From Squalus acanthias (taxonomy: Eukaryota): 64,000 bases of DNA. The translations under genes and the position numbers were made by a program. The stretch spans positions 139,316,001-139,380,000 of the forward strand of contig CM059431.1 of the NCBI GenBank assembly GCA_030390025.1, written 5' to 3'. Positions 11,272-22,600 of this stretch are shown piece after piece (within the stretch, counting starts at the first letter, position 1; the number at the start of each line of letters is the position of its first letter). The notes under the pieces were generated by a model. It saw nothing but the letters and a program-made list of their open reading frames with translations, had not been told where the DNA came from and made no database searches.

Positions 11272-13560
11272 ATGACAAGGTTTCTGCTCCTGCTCGCCCT
11301 GGTAGGGGTGAGCATCGGTGACCGAGGTGACGTGGAGGACTCCCACATCTATGCGTGCTCAGGAGTGAGAGCACCAGTCGTCACCACAGGTGTTGGCGAG
11401 CGGGAAGTGGAGGAGCTCGCCATCTACTTCCACGAGGGAAGGTGGAAGGGTGGCTGGGGTCCAACTCTACTAAATACTCCAACCAGCCCGGGTTCACGTA
11501 CGGGGAGGCCTCCCTCCCATGCCCCAGAATACAGGTCGTTGCCACAAGGGTCAGTGTCACGGAGGGGAAGCGTGTGTGCCTTACCTGTAAGGGACGAATT
11601 CCCTTGAATAGGTGGTGGTGGCTCAGGAAGCTGAGCAGGGACGCAGGGGTCCATACAGCCGACTGGGAAAGATTAGGGAACGACACCCACCAGACAATCA
11701 CAGGGACCCAAGGAGGAGTTAGTGTTTGTTGGGATAAGTGGTGGGTGTCGGAACAGGGAGTCTATGTTTGTATGTGGGGATCAGAGGAAGTCTGCCCCAC
11801 AGGGTTATCCATCATTATCTCCAGCCAATGGAAAGATGCCGGGGAGGGGATAGGGTGGGATTCTAGCCTGCATGGGTGCGTGGTCCCACACATTCCGCTC
11901 CCAGTTAATGCCACTGAACTCGTGGCACACACCCGAAAGCCCCTACCCACGACCCAGGTACCGAAAACCCTGGAAGAAAAGTGCCCTACCACCACCAAGG
12001 GACCAGGGAATGGGTTAGTCCTAGCACCAAACGAAAATGTACTATACCAGGGGGTACACTATGCAGTAGCTTCAGTAATATTAAACCTTACCGAGGTATA
12101 CTTACCTGAGTGGTGTCCTAAGGAGACGGAGCAACTGTACCAGGCCCTGCTAAAGGAAATGTTTCGGAAATTTTACGAATTTGATTTTGCCAATATACTC
12201 AAAGTAGAGCTATACAGAATACACCCTGATAACCCTATGGGCATGGGTAGACAAAGAAGGGGAGCCTGGAATGATGTCTTCACTGCCTACAGTACAGGGT
12301 CCTCTGTAATAAATAGCCTGGATGACATGGAATTACAGACACAGATAAATGGTTTAAAAACCCAGTTAAGAAAGATCCTGAAGAATGGGAACACAGTGGT
12401 AGGCTCAGAGCTACATGAGGACCAAGCTATGACGGTTCATTTAAAGCAAATTATTGCAGAATTGGAAAGGCATGCCAAAACAGTAAATGCACTCATACGG
12501 GAGGATAGGAATGCATCGGATCAGGCTGCACAGAATGAGGTGTGTGTGCTGTACGGGGCATGGTTGCTGGGCGAGGGCCCTAGCAACCTGGAGGATTTAA
12601 AGCAACTTTAGTCCCCTCCTGGATCAGCAACAAGCACCTTGCAGCCCTCCACCCGTTTAGTAATTCGCTGACCCATGCCAATTTCGACTAGCCTCTGAAG
12701 CCTACCCTGTCCCAATAGATTGTGGGCGTTCAAATCACACTACCATGGGGATAGTAGTGAGAATGACGGTCATGAGTGGGACAGCCCGACCCGTACCGGT
12801 ATACAGGGTGGAGAACATTGGAGTCATTCAAGGGGGTGCATACATCCGTTTTACAGCGGTCCCACCTTAGGTCATAAAGTGGGAGCACGCCATGACAGGT
12901 ACTGACCTCTCCGGGTGCCGGAGCCGGGGTTCACACATAATACTGTGTCCCCAGCACTTGAACGCCTATTCCAAACCACAGTGCGGGTTTAAAGCTGCTG
13001 GCGCACAACCTATCAATTGTACCATGGAGGTGATGGCACACGGCCATGTTTCCCCACAGGTAGCATATATAGGTGGTGGGACATATTGTGTCACCACAGG
13101 TGCGTCCCACTACCAGCATGGACACTTCTGGTGTCCGGTAAGTGACAGCAGTTTCTGCTTTAAACCCGAGGCAGAAGTTCAAGTGGCCCAGGAACGGATT
13201 GTCCCCATACCTGAACCCTCCACTGTTCACCTCACTGTAACAGAAAACATCACCAACCAGCAAAAGTATGTGACTTACTTTGGATATAAAATTCCCCCTC
13301 TACCCGAACATCTTACCATCCTACTTAAAGCTGTAGAGATTTCACAAAAACATTTCCACACCCTGGAACAGAAAACAGTTGAAATAGGGGCAGAGATTTT
13401 GGATATAGTAGTTCCACCCTGGTGGGATATTTTCGAGAATATAGAGGTGCCGTCCTGGATCAGGATGGCTTCCCATCTTTTGGTGGTCTGCCAGCTCGGG
13501 ATAGTTCTCTACCTGCTGTATCAAAGTGCAGGGGAAGGGACGGGGAGCTCCGCTCCAGAC
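11272..13560 (+). pseudogene. env: Envelope glycoprotein: signal peptide, Ig-like domain, P/T stalk, class I F-like fusion protein, TM
   Basis: Signal MTRFLLLLALVGVSIG at 11272. Frameshift near 11460 into ORF 11355-12611, which holds furin site RQRR (12249-12260) and heptads. Stop/frameshift region about 12609-12870. Cys-rich ORF from 12892 (DLSGCRSRGSHIILCP), then PPWWDIF and the hydrophobic HLLVVCQLGIVLYLLY. Confidence 0.88.
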
Positions 13561-13898
13561 ACGAAGGGTCTTGGGAAGTGCATCAAAATAAAGGCTATGG
13601 CCAGGGATGGAACGAACATTGAATTTCGTCTTTTAATTAAAAAAAAATTGTATGTGTGTTGTGTCATTTTTACGAGGTGTATGATGTGTTTTTTTTCCAA
13701 ACTGTGCAGGGGTGTCGGACCCTCTCCGTGCTTGGATGTGAAATAAAGATTGATTCTTACCTGTATGTCCCTGAAACACCACTTTCAAAAGGGGAATTAA
13801 TGTTTGGGTTTTTAGTTTAGGTAATACAGCGGAAGGTTGGTTTTCGGGGATCGGAAATTTTGCTCACCTGTTAATGATACTAAGTCAGTGTTAGTATC

Positions 13899-13909
13899 AA
13901 AGTGGGGGA
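13899..13909 (+). other. Polypurine tract
   Basis: AAAGTGGGGGA directly before the TG that starts the 3' LTR. Confidence 0.8.
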
Positions 13910-15001
13910 TGTGGGCTTCGCAAAATCCCCCAGAAACTCGAACAGAGCCCTAAAGGGAGTGATTTTTGGACTTTTCATACAAACTTGGGATGATGGGACC
14001 TCAGTGAAGTGATTTGATGTAAAAACCTAAGACCACAAGAAGAAAACCTTGAGGAAACTCACTTTTCGAATCTTACTGGGGAAAGACGCCTTCACAGACA
14101 CACAGGCTGCAGAGGGGCGTGGCCAGGCAGTGCAGTAAACTGTCGACAAAACCAAAAAAAAACCTCACAAACACATTCAAATATGGATCCCCAGGGGCAA
14201 ACAAGATGCTGGTAATCTAAAAACGATTCAATGACAATATAATTTCGATCACACAGTTTCATAGCCATTATCCCATCCAAAAAACAATCAATCAGGTATG
14301 CAGAGAACCGATTTAAAAGCCCGCCAAACAGAAGGACAATAGAGTGAAGATTTGGCGCGTAGATAAGGCGATGTTTAAATCGGAAAGCGATTAACACTTA
14401 GCAAAAACCATCGGAGCTGGTCAGCCCGCCAAAAACTAGACAAAGGACATTTGCATTCAAAAAGGAATTCGTTTTAGTAAGGGGTTTTGAGCGCGAAAAA
14501 AGAGACAGTATAATTTGAATGCCTGTGCCATAATCTCGCTCTCTTTGGACTGACTGGCGACGCGAACACAGCTCTCTCCCTGCTCCAGCAAAACTTACCA
14601 CAAGCCACGAGGAAGAAAACCAGCACGCAAGAAGAAACCATAAGGGTCTTCCGGAGTCCTTTTAAACAAAAAGACTCTAATATCCAGTCAAGGACTCGTT
14701 GGTGAGCATTATCCCTGATCTCCTGAAACCAAAAACCTAGCCAGATAGTGGGATATTTGGGAGGGATAAGGTTTTGTTTGATATATTGTAATTTCCCTCG
14801 CTTGTACCGTGCGTTCCCCGAATCTGTGTTTAAGTAGTAAGTGTGTTTTCAAGTTTGTTACCTTTTTCTTTTAATAAAGTAAATTTCTTTCATCAGAACC
14901 TGTTTACTGCAATTTTGTTCACAACCCCTAAATAAGCCCAAAGTCTAGGAACCGGAGGGGTGTTGGTCGATTCGAACCGCTCACTTAAGATACCCCTTAC
15001 A
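13910..15001 (+). repeat. 3' LTR (about 1.09 kb)
   Basis: Starts TGTGGG after the PPT, AATAAA at 14873-14878, ends CCCCTTACA (imperfect inverted terminus). The right end is inferred; no TSD confirms it. Confidence 0.75.
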
Positions 15002-16800
15002 GTTATTAAAGGTTGTGTCCCAACACAGCGATTTAGTGAGGAAACTAGAGATAGTCCAAACGGAACAGTCGCACAGCACAGCAGGTGAGCACATGGTGGC
15101 GGTCACAACAAATCAAGGCCAGCAAAGAGCAGAAGTTCCTGGGTATAAATTCACAGCGAGATGTGGCCTGGACCCAGCCATTACATCACGATCAAGTCTT
15201 CAGCAAGGCGGCAACAGTCTTCTGCAAAAAGAACAGTCAACCTTTGAACACTCCTCAGATTGCAGAAAGCCTACTTCCGTCCAATCCTGCCCAGACTTCA
15301 TAGAGCCTGGTGCGCCCTGAGTCAGACACATATCAAAGGGCTGCAAATTATCGAAAACTGAGCTAAAAAGACAATGTGTTGTGCCCCATGCTAAATTTAC
15401 TCAAACAGTCTGCACATCTATGGAATCCAAACCCTGGAAATAAAGTTCATTAAACTCCACCAGAGATAATTGCAGAGAGAAAAAAGGCAGGATTATTTTG
15501 TATATTTGCAACTCTGCACTGTGGGCGTGCAGCAGGCCGGGGCGATTTGCCAATATTCAGTCAAAGAAATGATCCTGCTAGACAGAATCAATCGCACTTA
15601 ATCCAAACAACCATGAAACCAGATTGACACATTCCAGTGTATCTGATATAAAAACATGTTGTTTAAAAATGGGAACAAACAATGGACGTGACTGTAAATC
15701 TCCCAAAATTACTAATAAAGCTGTCTCTCCTTCGTTCTCACTTTCCATTGCCAGCTGGCATCATCCCTGCCAAAGACAACACGGAAAGTATATTCACTGA
15801 AAAAGGACCTGCAGTTGTGCTGACAAACAAGGGGGTATTCAGAGCACGTGATTGAAACAATAAATAAGGGAACTATAATATCGACCAATCGACAACACTG
15901 CAGCATCAACTCAGGACAAGACTCAGGCAATTCCAGACCAGCCCAACCAGAATATCCTTCCTGACTACCATCTGGGGACTGGTGCTAATTTGGAGGAGCT
16001 CCCCGACAGATTGCTCAAGCAACAGCTTGATACAGATTATATTTACAAAGGCAGTCTCCCAGACTACTGCATGTGTTGTGAGAGTACTGGCAGTGTGGAG
16101 TGACCTACTTGATCAGATCTTCAATAATGCACCAGTCAGAGACACGTCTGTAGACGATTGCTTTCACCGATGTAACCACCACACAATCCTTCTATTGACA
16201 AGGCCTGGACTCCACAATGAGAACACTCTCTATTGTGCAGTTCTACCAGTGAGGCAATAGCTAGTAGCCAGATACTGGGCGTGCATAAGGTGTTGTGGGC
16301 CCTTCAAAATCGCAGAATTATATCCCTCGACAATGTCTGATGCCTGACCTATACAATTCTACAATCTACCGGCACTATAATGTAAAAATTCCAACTATGG
16401 GTTTAATTGGGGACAATTAAATAACTTGACAGGAACAAGAGCATTGAAATTGAGAATGAGGCACTAACTTAGTGAAACTACAATTAAACCAAAAACGGCA
16501 AAAGCAGAGTGTTGCAGATCAAGTTAATGTGTTCCACGGCCAAACAATAAGAACTAAGCGTACACTGCCTGCCACATCCATTTATTAATGGGAGTGGCAA
16601 CAGGAGATTATTAAGCAGGGGAGGGTCCAAGACACCCCGGTGATGGAAACAAGGCTTCAGTGTTCGAAGCAGATTCAGCCAAAAGTGAAATTTTAACGAG
16701 CAAACGTGGCTCCCATAAGCATTCAGCCCAGCGTCAAGCCAATGGAGGTCTCCCCACGTGACATTAGGAAGCACTGGAACAAACTGACCACAGAGATAAT
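15002..16800 (+). mobile_element. Possible heavily decayed LTR-retrotransposon integrase region
   Basis: Only faint motifs, e.g. GPFKI (GPY/F-like) near 16297; no long ORF. Confidence 0.25.
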
Positions 16801-16823
16801 GGGTCCTAACAGAACCCTAGTTA

Positions 16824-17420
16824 AGAACATAAGAACATAAGAAATAGGAGCTGGAGTCTGCCATTTGGCCCTTCAATAACATCATGGCTCATCTTCTACG
16901 TCAAGTCCACCTTTCACAATAGTCCCATATTATTTGGTACCCTTAGTATCCAAAAATCCATCTCTGTTCTGAAAATATACTAAACGAAAGAGCATCCACA
17001 TCACTCTGGGGTACATAATTGCAAGGATTCACAACCCTGTGAGTGAAGACATTTCTCCTCATCTCGAACCTAAATGACTGACCCCTTATTCTGAGAGAGT
17101 GACACCTACTTCTAGACTCCCCAGCCAGGGGAAACATCCTCCAAACATTTATCCTGTCAAGCCTCTTAAGAATTGTATACGTTTCAATGAGATTACCTCT
17201 AGGGAATATATGGATAGTCTCCTCAATATCTCCTCATAGGACATTCCCACCCCCTTCCTATCCCAGGAATAAGTCTGGCAGACCATCGTTCCACTCCCTC
17301 TAAGGCAAGTATATGCTTCCTCAGGTAAGGAGACAAAAACTGTACACAATACTCCAGGTGTGGTCTCACCAAGGCCCTCTATATTTACAATAATTTTTCT
17401 TTATCCTACACACCAATCCA
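16824..17420 (-). mobile_element. CR1 3' fragment
   Basis: AAGAACATAAGAACATAAG tail; RT C-terminus fragments (EMRRNVFTHRVV). Confidence 0.9.
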
Positions 17421-19000
17421 TTTAGGTGAACGCAGTAACTGTGTAATTAGAGATAGAGGACAGGGTAATTTAGGGGAACACAGTAACAGTGTAATTAGAG
17501 ACAGAGGGCAGGGTAATTTAGGGGAACACAGTAACTGTGCAATTAGAGATAGAAGAGAGGGTAATTTAGGGGAACACAGCAACTGTGTAATTAGAGATAG
17601 AGGACAGGGTCATTTAGGGGAACACAGTAACTGAGTAATTAGAGATAGAGGACAGGGTCATTTAGGTGAACACAGTAACTGTTTCATTAGAGATAGAGGG
17701 CAGGGTAATTTAGGTAAACACAGTAACTGTGTAATTAGAGATAGCGGTCAGGGTAATTTAGGGGAACATAGTAACTGTGTAATTAGAGATAGAGTACAGG
17801 GTAATTTAGGGGAACACATGAACAGTTTAATTAGATATAATGGACAGTGTAAATTAGGGGAACACAGTAACTGTTTAATTAGTAATAGTGGACAGGGTAA
17901 TTTAGGGGAACACAGTAACAGTTTAATTAGAGATAATGGACAGGGTAAATTAGGGGAACACAATAACTGTTTAATTATAGATAGAGGACAGGGTAATTTA
18001 GGGGAACAAAGTAACAGTTTAATTAGAGATAGAGGACAGGGTAATTTAGGGGAACACAGTAACTGTAATTAGAGATAGAGGACAGGGTAATTTAGGGGAA
18101 CACAGTAACTGTGTAATTAAAGATAGAGGACAGGGTAATTTAGATGAACACAGTAACTCTGTAATTAGAGTTAGACGACAGGGTAATTTAGGGGAACACA
18201 GTAACTCTGTAATTAGAGATAGAGGACAGGGTAATTTAGGGGATCACAGTAACTGTGTAATTAGAGATAGAGGACAGGGTAATTTAGATGAACACAGTAA
18301 CTCTGTAATTAGAGATAGAGGACAGGGTAATTTAGGGGAACACAGTAACTGTGTAATTAGTGATAGAGGACAGGGTAATTTAGGGGAACACAGTAACTGT
18401 GTAATTAGAGATAGAGGACAGGGTCATTTAGGGGAACACAGTAACAGTTAAATTAGAGATAAGGACAGGGTAAATTAGGGGAACACAGTAACTGTGTAAT
18501 TAGCGATAGAGGACAGGGTAGTTTAGGTGAACACAGTAACTGTGTAATTAGAGATAGAGGACAGGATAATTCATGCGAACACAGTAACTGTGTAATTAGA
18601 GATATAGGACAGGGTAATTTAGGGGAACACAGTAACTTTGTAATTAGTGATAGAGGACAGGGTAATTTAGGGGAACACAGTAACTGTGTAATTAGAGATA
18701 GAGGACAGGGTCATTTAGGGGAACACAGTAACTCTGTAATTAGAGATAGAGGACAGGGAAATTTAGGTGAACACAGTAACTGTTTAATTAGAAATAGTGG
18801 ACAGGGTAATTTAGGGGTACACAGTAACTGTGTAATTAGAGATAGAGGACACGGTAATTTAGGGGAACGCAGTAACTCTTTAATTAGTAATAGAGGACAG
18901 GGGAAGTAAGGGGAACATGTTAACTTTTTAATTCGAAATAGAGGACAGGAGAATTATGGGGAATGCTGTAACTGTTTAATTATAAATTGGGACCAGGGGG
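17421..19000. repeat. 48-bp minisatellite (TTTAGGGGAACACAGTAACTGTGTAATTAGAGATAGAGGACAGGGTAA), about 32 copies
   Basis: Clear 48-bp period, e.g. CAGGGTAA at 17461 and 17509. Confidence 0.95.
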
Positions 19001-19109
19001 AACATAAACCATTTATTTAGAAGTAGGTTCATGTAAAGATATTAACCGTTTAATAACAAATAGAGGGCACGGGAATGCCAGGAGAACACAACAACTGTTC
19101 AATAAGAAT

Positions 19110-19270
19110 AGCAAAATAGAGCGGTTGCTGGAAATCTGAAATAACAACAGAAAATGCTGGAAACACTCAGCAGGTCAGGCCGCATCGAGGAGAGAGAAAC
19201 AGAGTCAACGTTTCGGAACGAACCCTTCAACAGAATTGGAAAAGTATAGGGAAGAGAGATTTTTAAGTAG
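19110..19270 (-). mobile_element. Penelope-like terminal repeat fragment with a degenerate hammerhead core
   Basis: AGAAAATGCTGGAAACACTCAGCAGGTCAGG...AACGTTTCGG; the minus strand reads CTGTTGA-AGGGTTCGTTCC-GAAACGTT. Confidence 0.6.
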
Positions 19271-19665
19271 TGGCTGTTTAATTCGAAACGTGGGCGAGAA
19301 TCACAACCATATGGGGTGGAATTTGACACTCTAATGTAATGGTTAACTTTGCTTTCTATTTTACTTTTTGATTTTGGATGATGTGGTTGATTACATATCG
19401 ACTTCTCACGATTGTACTTGGGTGCAGATACATCGCATCTGAGTCTGATGGAGTGAAAACCTCTGCATGAAGCCTGACTGGTGACTTAAGTACTGTTGGT
19501 CGTCTGACTCCAATTAAATGAGAATGTGCCTGTTACACAGAATTACTCGCTACTCATAATCACTGCCCCAGAAGCTGGATGGCAGCCGGATTGGCAAAGC
19601 CTGGTCTCCACAGAGACTTGAAACCAAGTGGAGTTTGGCTTTTACAGAAACTCAGGATCAAGTGG

Positions 19666-22600
19666 TTTGTTGCCGGTGCCACGTGCTAGCGAGTTGAGGA
19701 ACAGGGAGAGAGTGCAGATAAACACGTGGCTGCAGGGATGGTGTAGGGGGGAGGGTTTCAGTTATGTGGATAATTGGAGCACATTCTGGGGAAGGTGGGA
19801 CCTGTACAAACAGGACGGTTTGCACCTGAACCAGAGGGGCACCAATATCCTGGGAGGGAAATTTGCTACGGCTCTTCGGGGGGGTTTAAACTAATTTGTC
19901 AGGGGGATGGGAAAAAGGGCTGTAGTCCACGAGCCAGTGGTGAGTGTAGGGAGGTACTGAGGAGGGTATCAAGGTCGCAGGAATGTACCGGCAGACAGGA
20001 AGATGGCTTGAAGTGTGTCTACTTCAATGCAAGGAGCATCCGGAATAAGGTAGGAGAACTTGGAGCGTGGATTGGTACTTGGGACTACGATGTGGTGGCC
20101 ATTACGGAGACATGGTTAGAACAGGGACAGGAATGGTTGTTGGAAGTTCCGGGGTATAGATGTTTTAGTAAGAGTAGGGAAGTTGGTAAGAAAGGTGGAG
20201 GAGTAGCATTGTTAATCAAGGATAGTTTAACAGCGGCAGAAAGGCAGTTCGAGGGGGATCTGCCGTCTGAGGTAATATGGGCTGAATTTAGAAATAGGAA
20301 AGGAGCGGACACGTTGTTAGGAGTTTTCTACAGGCCCCCAAATAGTAATAAAGATGTGGAGGAAGAAATTGCAAAGCAGATTATGAATAGGTGTGGAGGT
20401 CACAGAGTAGTTGTCATGGGTGACTTCAACTTTCCAAATATTGATTGGAACCTTTATAGGTCAAACAGTTCGGATGGGATAGTTTTTGCACAGTGTGTGC
20501 AGGAGGGTTTCCTGACACAATATGTGGATAGGCCGACAAGAGGTGGGGCCACGTTGGATTTGGTACTGGGTAATGAACCGGGCCAAGTGTTTGATTTGTA
20601 TGTGGGAGAGCACTTTGGAGATAGTGACCACAATTCGGTAACTTTCACTATTGCAATGGAGAGGGATAGGGCCATACGGCAGGGCAGGGTTTATAATTGG
20701 GGGAGGGGTAATTATGATGCGATTAGGCAAGAATTAGGGAGTATAAGATGGGAACAGAAACTATCAGGGAAAGGCACAAACGAAAAGTGGAGCTTTTTCA
20801 TGGAGCAATTACTGCGTGTCCTTGATAGGTATGTCCCTGTCAGGCAGGGAGGAAATGGCCGAGTGAGAGAACCATGGTTCACAAAAGAGGTTGAATGTCT
20901 AGTCAAGAGGAAAAAGGAAGCGTATGTAAGGATGAGAAAACAAGGTTCAGTTGGGTCGATTGAGGTGTACAAGGTAGCAAGGAATGAGCTAAAAAAAGAG
21001 CTTAGGAGAGCTAGGAGGGGGCATGAGAAGTCCTTGGCGGGTCGGATCAAGAAAAACCCCAAGGCTTTTTACTCTTATGTGAGAAATAAAAGAATGACCA
21101 GGGTGAGGGTAGGGCCGGTCAAGGACAGTAGTGGGAACTTGTGCATGGAGTCAGAAGAGATAGGAGAGGTGATGAATGAATACTTTTCGTCAGTGTTCAC
21201 CGAGGAGAGGGGCCATGTTCTTGAGGATGAGAGTGTGATAAAGGTGGATAGACTGGAGGTGGTAGATGTTCTGAGGGAAGATGTTTTAGCAATTTTGAAG
21301 AACCTGAGGGTCGATAAGTCCCCTGGGCCAGATGGGATATATCCTAGGATTCTTTGGGAGGCAAGGGAGGAGATTGCAGAGCCTCTGGCTTTGATCTTTG
21401 TGTCCTCACTGTCCACGGGGATGGTGCCAGAGGACTGGAGAGTGGCGAATGTTGTTCCTCTCTTCAAGAAAGGAAATAGGAATGACCCTGGTAATTATAG
21501 GCCGGTTAGTCTTACTTCGGTGGTTGGTAAGATAATGGAAAATGTCCTGAGGGATAGGATTTATGACCATTTGGAAAGGGGCAACTTAATCAGGGATAGT
21601 CAACACGGATTCGTGAAGGGTAAGTCTTGCCTAACAAATTTGATTGAATTCTTTGAGGAGGTAACTAAGTGTGTAGATGAAGGTAGAGCAGTTGATGTCG
21701 TATACATGGATTTTAGTAAGGCGTTTGATAAGGTTCCCCATGGTCGTCTCATGAAGAAAGTAAGGAGTTGTGGGATAGAGGGAAATTTGGCCGATTGGAT
21801 AAGTAACTGGCTATCTCATAGAAGGCAGAGGGTGGTGGTGGATGGAACATTTTCGGACTGGAGACCAGTTACCAGCGGTGTGCCACAGGGGTCGGTGCTG
21901 AGTCCTCTGCTGTTTGTGATTTTTATCAATGACTTGGAGGAGGGGACTGAAGGGTGGATCAGTAAATTTGATGATGACACCAAGATTGGTGGAGTAGTGG
22001 ATGAGGTGGAGGGCAGTTGTAGGCTGCAAAGAGACATTGATAGGATGCAGAGCTGGGCCGAAAAATGGCAGATGGAATTTAACCCTGATAAGTGCGAGGT
22101 GATTCATTTTGGTAGGGCAAATTTGAATAAGGATTACAGGGTCAACGGCAGGGTTCTGAGGAACGTGGAGGAGCAGAGGGATCTGGGGGTTCATATCCAC
22201 AGATCTCTGAAGGTTGCCACTCAAGTGGATAGAGCAGTAAAGAAGGCCTATGGTGTGTTGGCGTTTATTAACAGAGGGTTTGAGTTTAAGAACCGTGAGG
22301 TTATGCTGCAACTGTACAGGACCTTGGTGAGACCACATTTGGAATATTGTGTGCAGTTCTGGTCACCTCACTATAGGAAGCACGTAGAAGCATTGGAAAG
22401 AGTGCAAAGGAGATTTACCAGGATGCTGCCTGGTTTGTGGGGGAGGTCTTATGAGGAAAGATTGAGGGAGTTGGGGCTTTTCTCTTTAGAGCGGAGGAGG
22501 ATGAGAGGCGACTTAATAGAGGTTTATAAGATGATGAGGGGGATAGATAGAGTGGATGTTCAGAGACTATTTCCTCGGGTAGAGGCAGCTGTTACAAGGG

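Larger units (their letters stand above)
5354..15001 (+). mobile_element. Defective endogenous retrovirus, lokiretrovirus-like (partial 5' LTR, pol, env, PPT, 3' LTR)
   Basis: 5354-5432 matches 13910-13988 at 78/79 positions. RT, tether, RNase H and integrase ORFs. Env with signal peptide, RQRR site and TM segment. Purine tract precedes the TG...CA LTR. Confidence 0.92.

Noticed and set aside
17421..19000. CRISPR array or V(D)J recombination signals (CACAGT)
   Set aside because: No unique spacers or cas genes; the heptamer is imperfect and there is no ACAAAAACC nonamer at 12 or 23 bp
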